A stretch of 64,000 bases of DNA. Source: Podarcis gaigeae. Taxonomy: Eukaryota. The position numbers were made by a program, and so were the translations under genes. Shown one piece after another: positions 14,101 through 24,959 of the stretch (within the stretch, counting starts at the first letter, position 1; every line of letters starts with the position of its first letter). The notes under the pieces were generated by a model that had not been told where the DNA came from, searched no databases, and was given only the letters and a program-made list of their open reading frames with translations. The stretch is taken from the NCBI GenBank assembly GCA_964106915.2, contig OZ066922.1, one strand, 5' to 3'.

Positions 14101-15314
14101 AATGGTGATTACATCAGTCTTGGGTTTTTACCTAGTAAGCATTTTCCATGGTAGCTTCACTTCCCAACCCCACTCACTCTTTTTGTTTTCTAGGACTATC
14201 TGTGCTATTTAAGAACCATTATTTTGCCTTCATTCTTAAAAGGAAGTTTCCTCATTTTTAGTCAACCAGTTCAGGGTCATCAGTCTGCTGACTTGTGAAT
14301 TTTAGACTTTACATTTTTTTAAAAAGGTTCAACCTGCAGCACAGACATTTGCAAATTTGAAGTTGTGATTTCTTTTAATTGTAAAAAAGTTTTACAAAAA
14401 CTTACTTTGTACAAGAGAACTTTGTGTTAAAGTGTACTGAGGTCCAGGTTTTAGGTCAATTCAGATGACTGGTTTATTGAGTGCTACTGAGTGTTGATCC
14501 CAATTTGTTTATACGGAAAACAGACAATGCTGGCTATCTATGCTTTCTGATTTGTTTTTGTTTTTAAGGAGGCTAGATATTGTTGCCTTAAGCAAACGTT
14601 ACCCCACGCTTCCAAGTGCATTTCTCTATCACTTCCCTTATTGGAAAAAGTCAGACTTTGACGTAAAATGGGTTTGTTGCACGTGGTGCATGGATATTTG
14701 AGCAGGTGGGCAGGGATACTTATGAAATGGGGCATAACCAGGATTCAGTCCTGCTTTAGCTTCATTGTGTAGAGCCCCCTTCTTATGCATAGTGTGTGAA
14801 AGCGGCTATTATTGTGATACATTTTGCCATTGGCTGAGAAGGTCAGCTGCCTAGTCCTAAAATGAGACACTTTGGTTACTACTATGGAATTAGTGATATG
14901 GCTGAGAATCAAGCTTACTATTGGTCCAAAGGGAAATTCCAATTTTGTATATGGGAAGAAAAACCTTTTAAAGTTTGTGGCAGATAAACAGGCGGAACAC
15001 TATTTGAATTAAACGTCAAACAATTAAAATATTGGAAATGAACATCAGGCTTACTCCAACACACTGTAGTTTCTGGCATTGCTTCCCATTAATACTTGAC
15101 AAATTCACTTACTGTGTTTTCTTTTGTAATACAGAGTTTGTTTATTTCCTAATCTATTTGACTGTGTACTTCCTAAGACTGCTAGAAAACACATGGTGTG
15201 TGGGGGTTTTTTTTGATTTCTGAGAACTCTTGTACACAACAAAAGGGTAAGGAAAAGAGTAAAAAAATAAATTTAGTAATATGTTTATTTGTTCTTTTGT
15301 TTCTCAAAACTCAG

Positions 15315-15803
15315 CTTGGAAACCAGAAAGTAACTGCCAATGTGATGGAGGTAAATGCTTCACAGACACACAGACAAACTTCAGCAGAAGCTTCGCCACT
15401 GCCTCCTTCACCACCTCCTTCATTGGTATCGATTAACAGACCCTCTCTCTCACCCGACAGTGGCACCCACCCCGTAACATCATATATTTTGCCAACACGG
15501 GATGATTTTTGGCCGTCACGCTTGTATAGAACCCTGGCCCTTTCACGTTTTTCATACGCATACCCTTTCCTAGCTCCTGACAGTACTATCCACAGGACTG
15601 AAACGGCCTCTGTTATGACCGACTCAGCCATGAGTGAGTACTCCTCTCGCCCGGTGAGCGAGTCCTCCACTGCCATTCTAGATGATCTCCAGAGCTGTAA
15701 CTATGATACTACTGACTGTTCTGAAACACCTTCCCCAACCTTGAGCCAGATGTCTGCTGTGTCAGATGCCACCACCTTAACCACCACTGCTGCCAGAGCT
15801 CAT
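15315..15803 (+). CDS. SORBS2: Probable large SORBS2 cassette exon, 489 nt, phase 0-0: LGNQKVTANV...TTTAARAH
   Basis: Lies inside ORF 15198-15899, in frame. Acceptor ttctcaaaactcag|CTT and donor CAT|gtaatt. Ser/Thr/Pro-rich and CpG-retaining compared with the flanking intron. Confidence 0.72.
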
Positions 15804-18526
15804 GTAATTATCCTTCCTCTTTCCTCCTCCCATTTTGTTCAACCAGGCTGTCAAAGTGGAAAAGAGATAATCCTTGTTCTTGTCCCTTTTACTCGATGAG
15901 CATGCTGGAAATGGCCTACTCAGGTTCTATAACGTTCCTTAATGGGAAAATTTCAAACTCGCTACATGTAAACCCAATCTAAATTTGCTGGTCAATAATC
16001 CCAATACTCTGGAGGAGTGATGCTTCCTGTGATAGATGTGATGGTAGCTTCCTTGGATAATTAGTCAGAAGCCTGAAGTGCTCCTGAATCACTCGCTACA
16101 TAAAAAGTAGTATTTGGAATACTCTTCCCCAGGGACGTATCAGCTCTTAGATAAATATTTATTATCCTCATTTTCCCAGGCCTTAAAAAAGCTGAACTTT
16201 ATTTTATCTGCTGCACTGCTTTTTAATTATATTGTGTTTAATAATTATTGTTTTATTCTGGATTTTTAAAAATACATGACAGCATTATTTTATTTTTTTA
16301 AAAAAATGTAACAGTACAGATAATTAAAGTATTCGTAGTTAAGGTTGAGGTATAATAGTATTTTTTACGATACCTGTTTTAATTTTAACCTTCTATCTAG
16401 AAGTTCTGATCCATCAATTTAGAGGCATGTTGTGGAGACAGGTAGGTTTGTGCGTGGTGATGTGGTGAACAAGAAGCACAAGGTCACCTGTGTTCCTTGT
16501 TTCTCCACAACATCCTCTCACCCCATTTGGATCTTTCCTACCTAAGAAATGCACATGCAGTCTATCGGGGAGCATGGATCCCACTGAAGTGTGAGAATTG
16601 TAGAAGTTGTCTTTTGGTTGTAATGGTGGTGCAATGAAACAGGAAGCACAAGACACACACAGTGCATGTTGGAACAGTGCCACAGCCAAAGCAGCTCATA
16701 GTAGCAAGGGGAAAGTACTTTGCACATTCTTGGAGATGCTGTCTCATTTATCTCTGCTCCTTATGTTCCGGTGCCAAGCATTGGCAGTGCAACAGACTCT
16801 TTGGGGATTTGCTCTGGAAAACTCTTGCTCAAATTAAGCCCTGAACAAATCTTGTAATGGTTATTCTTCAGTCTCACTGTGCTAAAAAGGAAGCGACATT
16901 TGGAATACAGGCAGAACTATCTTAAGATGTTAGATAAATGCACATGCAGATAGAATGCTCAAACAGAATGTTAGTACAACTACAAACCTGTCAGAAACTA
17001 CTGAGCGACCAATATGATGTATGATGTATGCCTCAAAAATGGATTTTAAGGTGTTTGATTAGTACAGCACTTAACCCAACCTTATCTTCCATTAGCAGTG
17101 ATCACTGACTGCATGAGTTTGCTTCTGATTTTCGCTTTTTCTCCAACTAACATTTCCCCTCTTAAGCATTCTTGTCTTCCAGGAATAAAACTATGGATAT
17201 TCTGACATTCACTTGCTACAAAATGTATTGTTTCTTTTCTTTTCCAGGAATGCATTTTCTTTATTCTTAAGTCACTTCCCTCCAACTGTTTAAATACACA
17301 TGTCCTTATGTATAACTCAAAAGTCTAATACATGTGATATATACATACATCAGTTAAAATCAGCAACTTGCTTAGTTAATTTCAAATGAAGCATCCTATA
17401 GATACAGGTCACACTCTTAAAACAAGCTGGAACATGCCTAATATTTTATAGGTCACTGTATTACAAGATAATAAAACAGTAGATTCTAAAAGACTTTTCT
17501 GAATGAAAGGCCGTTATAATCTAGTATCATGCCGTAAGGGTTAACATGACAAATGTAAATGGAATCTTTGGTATACTTAACAAGAATGCTTGAACTCAGT
17601 GGGATTTTAATCCAAGTAAATGGGTACAAGGTTAGAAAGCTTGCATGACTTCAGGCATGTGACCTCCTTGCTATACGTAAGGTTACAAGTCAACCAGAAG
17701 TGCTAAGGAAAAGCAAGTTGGTGCATCACACAAAGTAAGGTTTCTTCATCTATAGCCATTGGTTTCTAAAGCTGCAATCCCCTACACACTTACACATGAG
17801 CCAAACCCCATTGATTTCTGAGTAGACATGCACTGAAAAAAAGCTTCAGTGCTACTCATTATTCTGATTTTATAAAGCAGCATGTTAAGTGGTTTGAAAA
17901 ACAGCAGCTGTGTGATCTTAATAAATCAAAGCATGCCTCAATATTGGCAGTGACTTATCCCCCCCCCCCAAAAAAGGCAAGATGTGTGACAAAATTCATT
18001 GCCTAGAATGTTAACCACATAACAATGGATAACTTTGGCCATGTATTATATTTTTAGAACATGCTGTGGGTTAAACTTGACCATCACATCTAGTTTGCAT
18101 CCAGATTCTGGCCACAATATTTGAAGGAGATTTCAGCTCTTCTTGCTGGCATCTTTTTTCTTTATCTTCAAGTGAATGGCAATAAGATTTAAGCACTTGG
18201 AAATGGAAGAGAAAATTGCCTTCAAGAGAAAATTGGAAGTGCAAGTTTTACTGTCTCTTTCATTTTGTACTACTTTGACCTAGGACTTTCTTGATGCCTT
18301 CCCATAATTCCAGCATGCTGTTTTTTGTAGGGGGAATAGAACAGGGTTGCATAGGGAACATAATCCTGAACACGGACTGTTATAGCTAAGAATCTGACAG
18401 CTGGATCTTTGCTATAGGGATAGCAATTCATCCTTCACCTTTTGTACATGGATGGTAGGATTTGGACAGTTCTACGAATAGTTTACTGGGATGTGATTTT
18501 TGCTTTGTTTCTTTTCTACCTCTCAG

Positions 18527-18668
18527 GCTCAGATAACAGTGAATGGGAACTCTAGTTCAGCAACCAGTCCCATGAGCCACTTTCAAAGGCCTTTTTCCCC
18601 TTCAGGATATTCCCCACCAGTCTCACTCAATTCAAGCCTGGTTCTCCTGCAACAGAGCAGAACAATGG
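18527..18668 (+). CDS. SORBS2: SORBS2 exon, 142 nt: [47 protein letters not shown]
   Basis: tctcag|GCT...ATGG|gtgagt; [10 protein letters not shown] corresponds to the recalled human start MSYYQRPFSP. Confidence 0.95.
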
Positions 18669-18727
18669 GTGAGTTCCCACATAAACAAATAACATACATT
18701 TATTTTAAAAAATTAAATGGTGTACAC

Positions 18728-20497
18728 CAGGGGCGCCGACTTATAAAAAATATTGGGGGGGCCCATACCGGGGTCCTGCCCCGGGAAGTTTTCTAAATTT
18801 TAGACGAAAATTAGTGAGTTTTAAAGTTTTTTAAAAGTACTTTAGAGTCATATGATCAACATTAGAACCCCGAAAACTCGACTCTCTATAACTCCACACT
18901 CCGGGAAACTCGACAAGCCTGAAACACTTTTTGGCTTTGAAAAAAGAAACAAAACATAAACACGCACGGTATTTTCGTAAAAAGCTAATTTAATTTGCAG
19001 TAACAATTATGCTTATAGACTATTACAGAGCAGTGAATATATAGCTCTGAAAAGACTGAAATGATATTTAAATAAATCCTAAACTATCATTAAAAGAATA
19101 AAACATAAAATATTGCTGTCGCACAGTAATAGCACTTTGATTAATAAGTAAAATAGCTAATTTAAGCTTACTTTGAATAAGGCTGAGGCTTCATTAAATA
19201 AAAATAATATCTCAAAGTTAATGCTTTAATACAGTTAATAAAGTTAATACAGTATGCCTAATACTGTATGTAAATACTGTAATACTGTATGTAAATAACG
19301 GGCTTTAATTGGGTCTTACACCCTAAAAATAAATTTAAGTATTTGAAAATAACTAATACAGTACTATAGTAATATAGAAATACAGTACTAAACTAGTACT
19401 AATATTTCGAAACTGAAAATTTAACATTCTGTATGTATTTAATTCTCTATTTTATAAAGATTTTTAATATCTGACAGTGAGTTTGGAGTAGCCCAATGCA
19501 AAAATCCTGAGGATCCATGTGGATCCGTGCTTTGTAACCACGTTTTTGCACCACTGTGACCCTAGGCAACAGTGGGTGCGTGATTTTTTTGGTGCAAGAT
19601 GTAGCCATTAACATGCTATGTGATCTGATGGTGAATTTGGGGTGACCCAATGCAAAAATCCTGAGGATCCATGTGGATCCGTGCTTTGTAACCACGTTTT
19701 TGCACCATTGCAGCCCCAGGCAACAGTGGGTGCGTGATTTTTTTGGTGCAAGATGTAGCCATGGACATGTAATGTGATCTGATGGTGAATTTGGAGTGAC
19801 CCAATGCAAAAATCCTGAGGATCCATGTGGATCCGTGCTTTGTCACCACGTTTTAAATGGGGAGGGAAGGAAAAACACAGAAGGGACAAGAAGCACAAGA
19901 GGGGTGTGCGGAGAAGCAGCTGGCTAAGAATGCAGGGGAGGAGTTTAACGGGGTGGGGGGGAGGAAAGGAAGGCAAAAGTCCCCCCCCAAGCCAGCCCTC
20001 TCTCTCTCTCCCACCTGCATCCCTAGAGCACGGAGAGGAGGAGGTGGTGGGCTGGAGCCTGCACGCAGTGTGACTAGGAAAGAATTAGAAGGAAGGACTC
20101 AATCCTTTCCTTAACCCTCTGCTTGCCAGGAGGGCAGGGGATTCCCTACTCTTTGTTGAGTTTGAGCAAACGCAGCAACAGAAGCGGGTGGGCAGTAAGA
20201 CCCTGAGGCAGAATGCAGGAAAGCAGCAGCTTCCGCCTTCCCTCCGCCCGATCTTATTTTTGCCTGATTTTTGCCTATTTTTGCTCCTGCGCTCCGGCGA
20301 GTCAGCTCCAGGGACCACACATTCGCTCAATAACACGCACAGACATTTCCCCTTACTTTTTAGGAGAAAAAATCTGCGTGTTATAGAGCGAAATTTACAG
20401 TAATAATTTTCTTAAATTATTGGGGGGGTGGAGCCCCCCCAAACGAATTTTTGAGGGGGCTCGGGCCCCCTCAGGCCCCATGGAGTCGGCGCCTATG
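18728..20497. mobile_element. Young non-autonomous hAT DNA transposon, 1770 bp
   Basis: Terminal inverted repeats (TIRs) CAGGGGCGCCGACT / AGTCGGCGCCTATG (12/14); perfect 8-bp TSD GTGTACAC at 18720-18727 and 20498-20505; no transposase ORF. Confidence 0.9.
19469..19854. repeat. 154-bp tandem repeat, about 2.5 copies, inside the hAT element
   Basis: Units start at 19469, 19623 and 19777; each contains cccaatgcaaaaatcctgaGGATCCATGTGGATCCgtgctttgt. Confidence 0.95.
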
Positions 20498-20703
20498 GTG
20501 TACACTGAATAATGAAATGTCCCTCTGAATGACACTGCTCCCTTTGTAAGCCATGAATCTGGAGGATATTTCTCTGATTTCTGCAGGGGATAAAGTGTGC
20601 AACATAAAAACATTTTCTTAAGCTATGGTGGCAAGGGTGTGTGTGTGTATGTGTCACTTTTATATTGCTGGCAGCAGCAGAAGCATCATAGCTTTGCTGG
20701 CAG

Positions 20704-20985
20704 CAGAGGTGCTGATTTGGGTCCCAGCCCGTGGGTACTTAGCACTGTGTGCTGCAACGTGAAGCTGTCACATTGCTCTGTGTGCCACAGCTGCCTTCTG
20801 GTGCCGCTTCTGTGCTTCCGCAGCGGCGGCAGAGCGTGTGCATGTCCACGCCCACAGCGGGCCCTGACAGAAGCCCTGCAATGGAGGGCGAGACCCTGGC
20901 CCAGTCAGTGCCGCAGGCCAGGCACCCACAGTGAAAAGTTTGCAGGTGCCCAGGAACCCAGGGCCCCCTGGAGTTGGTGCCAGTG
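20704..20985. mobile_element. Older hAT MITE with related termini, about 282 bp
   Basis: Ends CAGAGGTGCTGATT / AGTTGGTGCCAGTG look like CpG-decayed versions of the 18728 element's TIRs; flanks GCTGGCAG/GCTGTTAG (6/8). Confidence 0.6.
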
Positions 20986-21471
20986 GCTGTTAGTGACCCA
21001 GCCACCATTTTCTTAACCCCTAAATTACCCAGAATCATTGTCATCCCAGGGCATTTTATGGGGGCATGTGAGGGACACTGCAAAAATATAGGTGCTGCCT
21101 CTTGTTATCATCTGAACAATAAGTTCCCAATATTGAACTCATAATATAGCAGAAATAAATGTTTGCCCCTTAAAAAATAGCAGGGAAATGGAAAGGGTGG
21201 AATGAGGTAGGTCAAAAAGTTTCTAAAGATTCTAAAAAAATAACTAGACACTACACAGCTGGAACCTTCTAGAAAGAAACAGAGCATGTGGTGTGCTACA
21301 GAGTTTGAGTCCCCCTGAGCACAAAGGCCCAATTCATCCAATATCTAGTATCATGAAACATCTTCCTAATCCTGTGTCAGTTTGCCACATTGAAAGTACC
21401 TAGTATGATAATGCAGGTGAAGCATGTTAATTAAATGGTTATACAGCGCTGTGTTAACATTATCTTTGTAG

Positions 21472-21647
21472 AATCCACAGAGACATACTCACAGCATGCT
21501 CATTCTGTTGGCGGCAGCAGTACCACCAGCACAATACCAATCTGCAGAACTTCGGAGGAAGAGAAGAAAGTCACAGTCATTAAAGCACCACATTATGCAG
21601 GGATTGGCCCAGTCGATGAATCAGGAATCCCAACTGCAATTAGAACG
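21472..21647 (+). CDS. SORBS2: SORBS2 exon, 176 nt, start of SoHo domain: (E)STETYSQH...[26 protein letters not shown]
   Basis: tttgtag|AATCC...ACG|gtagga; SoHo signature. Confidence 0.97.
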
Positions 21648-22119
21648 GTAGGAAATGTTGAGTGAGTGAGTGTGGCTCTGTGTGTGTGAGTGCATGAACA
21701 CGTCGTACAATGAAATGATTGTTGGTAATGGCTTTTTCACATTCTTCTAGGCTTATATAATGTGTAATAGAATGTGCATAATCAGGGGACTCGTGATTAT
21801 AATTCTGTGAGTAGTGGGGAAAGGGGGAGGCTGGTGGTGTATAATTGGAGAGCCTTGACTTTTTTTTTTTTACTTTTCATTGCAAAGTTGTCAGAAGATC
21901 TGCCGCTTTCTCTGTGTTTTGTTTTCCTTTCCTTTGCTCCACCTTTCCTTCTTTTGTTTATTTTGCCTTTGAAAAGTTTCCTAAAGTTTGGTGCATTTTG
22001 TAACTTTTATCAAGATGTCCTTGCATGCCTAATCCTTCCTTGTATTCATGAGTTAACAGTTATAAGATGAATGAATTAATGTACACGTACACACACACAC
22101 ACACACACATTTATTTAAC

Positions 22120-22431
22120 CATTATCACCAGGAAGCCCAGTGCAGAACTAGCTCTCCTTTGCTGAGCGGGTGGAAAAAGCTCTCGGGTCAGCTTTGACAG
22201 CTTGCCACTAGTTAGTGCTTGAGTGCTTTCAGGATGCCACACTGAAGTGTTTTGTTTTTAGCTATGCTGAAGCATTCTTTCCACGCTGCTGCCCCGGCAT
22301 CCCCTTCTGGCCGGTCCAGGCGGCAGCAGTAGCAGCTGCAGCTCTTGTAGGGAAGGAACTGTTTGCCGGTCTGAAGGAGTTCTTGCTGCTGCTGCTGCTG
22401 CACTGGCTGAATGAAACGACTAGGAGCCAGG
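22120..22431 (+). promoter_or_regulatory. Putative internal promoter / 5' UTR of the short sorbin-type isoform
   Basis: GC- and CpG-richer island with CAG/CTG repeats directly upstream of the MKAAEPLQ ATG; the transcription start cannot be located from sequence alone. Confidence 0.5.
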
Positions 22432-22455
22432 ATGAAGGCAGCAGAGCCCTTGCAG
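22432..22455 (+). CDS. SORBS2: Alternative (sorbin-type) first coding exon: MKAAEPLQ, phase 0, splices to TVDRPK
   Basis: gccaggATGAAGGCAGCAGAGCCCTTGCAG|gtgaac; resembles the recalled sorbin/short ArgBP2 N-terminus M(R/K)A(A/T)TPLQ-TVDRPK. Preceded by a GC-richer, UTR-like stretch. Confidence 0.8.
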
Positions 22456-24019
22456 GTGAACTCTTTGGGAGGTGCAAGGATATAGCAGCTGTGGGTATAC
22501 TTTGCCGGCCAAGACCAACATACGGATATGTAGTGTTGCCAGGAACAGATTCAGTGGAGAGGGGAACAGGGTGGGGTGAGAGAGAGAAATGGAATTGATG
22601 GAGAAAAAGTGATAGGGAAAGATTTCACTCTGACTAAGTGGTAAGACTGTGGCTTTTTTAAAAAATAAGGGAGGGGAGAAGCTCAATCAGTTCTTGCTTC
22701 CTTTTACTATGGCTGTGATCTAGCTAAGTCATGTAAAGTGGTTTGTTTTTTTTAATGACTAACTCTCACTATAACAATTCTGAAGATATTTCCATCCCAT
22801 TTCACAGAGGCAGATCCCTCTGTGTGTGTCTTTTTAAAAGAATCACAGACTAATCAAATAGGATGGCTATTAGTTATATAAGAGCATGAATTAAAATCCT
22901 CCCAACTGTACTTAATGGGCCTGGCCCATTGCCAGCTATATATTTAAGCCTCCAGATTCTCTTGATCTCTTTAAGATTGGCTATGAAATTCCTCCCATTT
23001 TTTGATAGCTGTTTCTATATAAAAACATGTTTTTAGCTTGTAGAACTATTATTGCATAAAATGTTATAAGCTGATGTGATTTAAGACATGCACAATGCCG
23101 TCCTAGGTATGCTCATTCAGGAGTAAGTCCTACTGACCTCAATAGGACCTACTCCCAATTAGGCATGTATAGAATAGCAGCTACATAGTTTGCTCAGAAT
23201 GTCATATAAACACAGAGGCATGTGTTAAGTGACCACAGAAACACAAACTAGATAAGGTGGCGTGCTTAATGTTCTGCAGCATCAGACTGTTTAGAGTTAC
23301 TTTTTAATTTTTCTGATTGCATATTCATCTTAAGATCCATGCAAAGCAAAACAGCACAAGTGTTTCAGATGCAATTGTATTGGATCATATATCACTGTAC
23401 TTGTCCATACATCTTGCTGAGTTCAACAGGGCTTGGTACTGTTATTGTTGCTGTGTTCTGTAATTTAGTACAGAGAAAAGTGTGCATTATCATGCACATC
23501 TTTTTAGGAGGGATGGTAAATAATCAAGTGTACACCACATTTCTGCCTGAGTTACCAATCCAGCCAGAGTTAGTCTGCAATTCTAGGTACACTTACCAAG
23601 GAGTAAGTACTGCTGATCTCAATTGAAGCCTACTTCTTTGTAGCTGTGCACAAGATCACACTGTCAGTCACTGTCTCACTTTCATTGAAGCCAGCAGAGC
23701 ATATTAGTTATTGTGATTAACTTCAATTTCATATTATGCTTGTCAATTAGAATGGAAATTAGGAGATTTGATTTTTAAAGGAAATTTGGCAAATCAATTT
23801 GGCTCTTTTATTCAGTGTAAATATACCCTAAATCAGGCACCAGTTGTCTAGTTGATATACTTTCTCCTTTTCAAGTGGTTTGCTGAGCTTGCACCTTCGC
23901 TGGGAAATTGGTATGCTTGTTAACATTCCAGCAATGTGTCTGAATGAATCATGGAATACCAATGTGCACAGATGTCAGATGTGCCTTTAAAAAGTAGCAT
24001 TGAAAGCCACCCATAATTG

Positions 24020-24260
24020 ACAATGCTGGATCAGTTTTCTAGCTGTTCAAGTGGATATAATCGCTTCTGTCTTATCTGGATTCATCTGCAGTTCTCCTTC
24101 ATCCAGCCCGTAACATTTGCACAAGCACCTAACTTCAGCTCCCAGATCCAGTTTGAAAGAAAAATAAAGCTGAGAGTGCTCAGCATATTGTTGACACTGC
24201 ACTCCATATTGTCTAATGATCCCTCCCAGCAGCTGTATGTGCTTATTATAAAAAAAGTAT
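24020..24260 (-). mobile_element. Degenerate L2-clade LINE reverse transcriptase fragment
   Basis: Minus-strand QQYAEHSQLYFSF...MNPDKTEAII resembles the L2 RT motifs YADDTQLY...LNPDKTE. Confidence 0.7.
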
Positions 24261-24791
24261 TGTAGATAAGATAACATTTAAGTAGTGGACACTTAACAAT
24301 TGGAGGATCAAATGCATTGCCCACTAGAAATATTTTGGTTGCAATCCATTAACTACTTTCAGATTCTGTAGACATTCCTTTTTTAAAAAATGATTTACAA
24401 CAGGAACACACATATGCACACAAAATGTTGGAAGGGATGCAGAGATCTTCCCAGCGGATTGTGTGCCTATTTGGCAGAACTCAGTACTCCAACCACAGCG
24501 GAAGATTGCTTTGAACACCATCAAGCTGTTCCTTTATTGACATTAAGATTGCCATTTGTAAAACTGTTTTACAACAGCCTCGGATTCCTACTGGAGAGTG
24601 TCCATGGCATCACTGATGGGGGGAAATGACTTTCCCAATTTTTTATTCTGCCTTTTAATTTTGCATTGGCGGTGTATTCATTGGTCTCTGTTCATTCATT
24701 CTAAGCTGAGTACAGATTGGCATAGACCAAGAAGCCGAGCTGTTGGGTAGTGTAGATTGCAGCAAGGAAGCAATTCCTACTCAGTGGCATC

Positions 24792-24959
24792 CAGGAGTGT
24801 CAACTTGAATATAATATTGGGGGGGGGGGCAGGGAAGCCCCACTCCGCGTAATTGATCACAAGTCATGGAGCGCACACAGATACCATTTGAATGGTAAAG
24901 CCCATCAACTTTGCAGGGGGCCCCAAATGGACCTCAGCCCCTAGGAGTTGGCTCCTATG
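24792..24959. mobile_element. hAT MITE, 168 bp, related to the 18728 element
   Basis: Ends CAGGAGTGTCAACT / AGTTGGCTCCTATG; TSD GTGGCATC/GTGGCACC; shares the subterminal aatattggggggg. Confidence 0.8.

Noticed and set aside
16772-16786. TGCCAA-GCA-TTGGCA palindrome (NFI half-sites)
   Set aside because: Orientation and spacing do not match the TTGGC-N5-GCCAA consensus, and there is no other evidence
19447-19976. Repetitive minus-strand ORFs, and a possible CRISPR-like array
   Set aside because: Products of the 154-bp tandem repeat; there are no unique spacers and no cas or transposase similarity
22215-22598. 127-aa ORF with poly-Ala and poly-Leu stretches
   Set aside because: Non-ATG start, driven by GCA/CTG repeats, and it runs across the 22455 donor in a different frame from the sorbin-type exon
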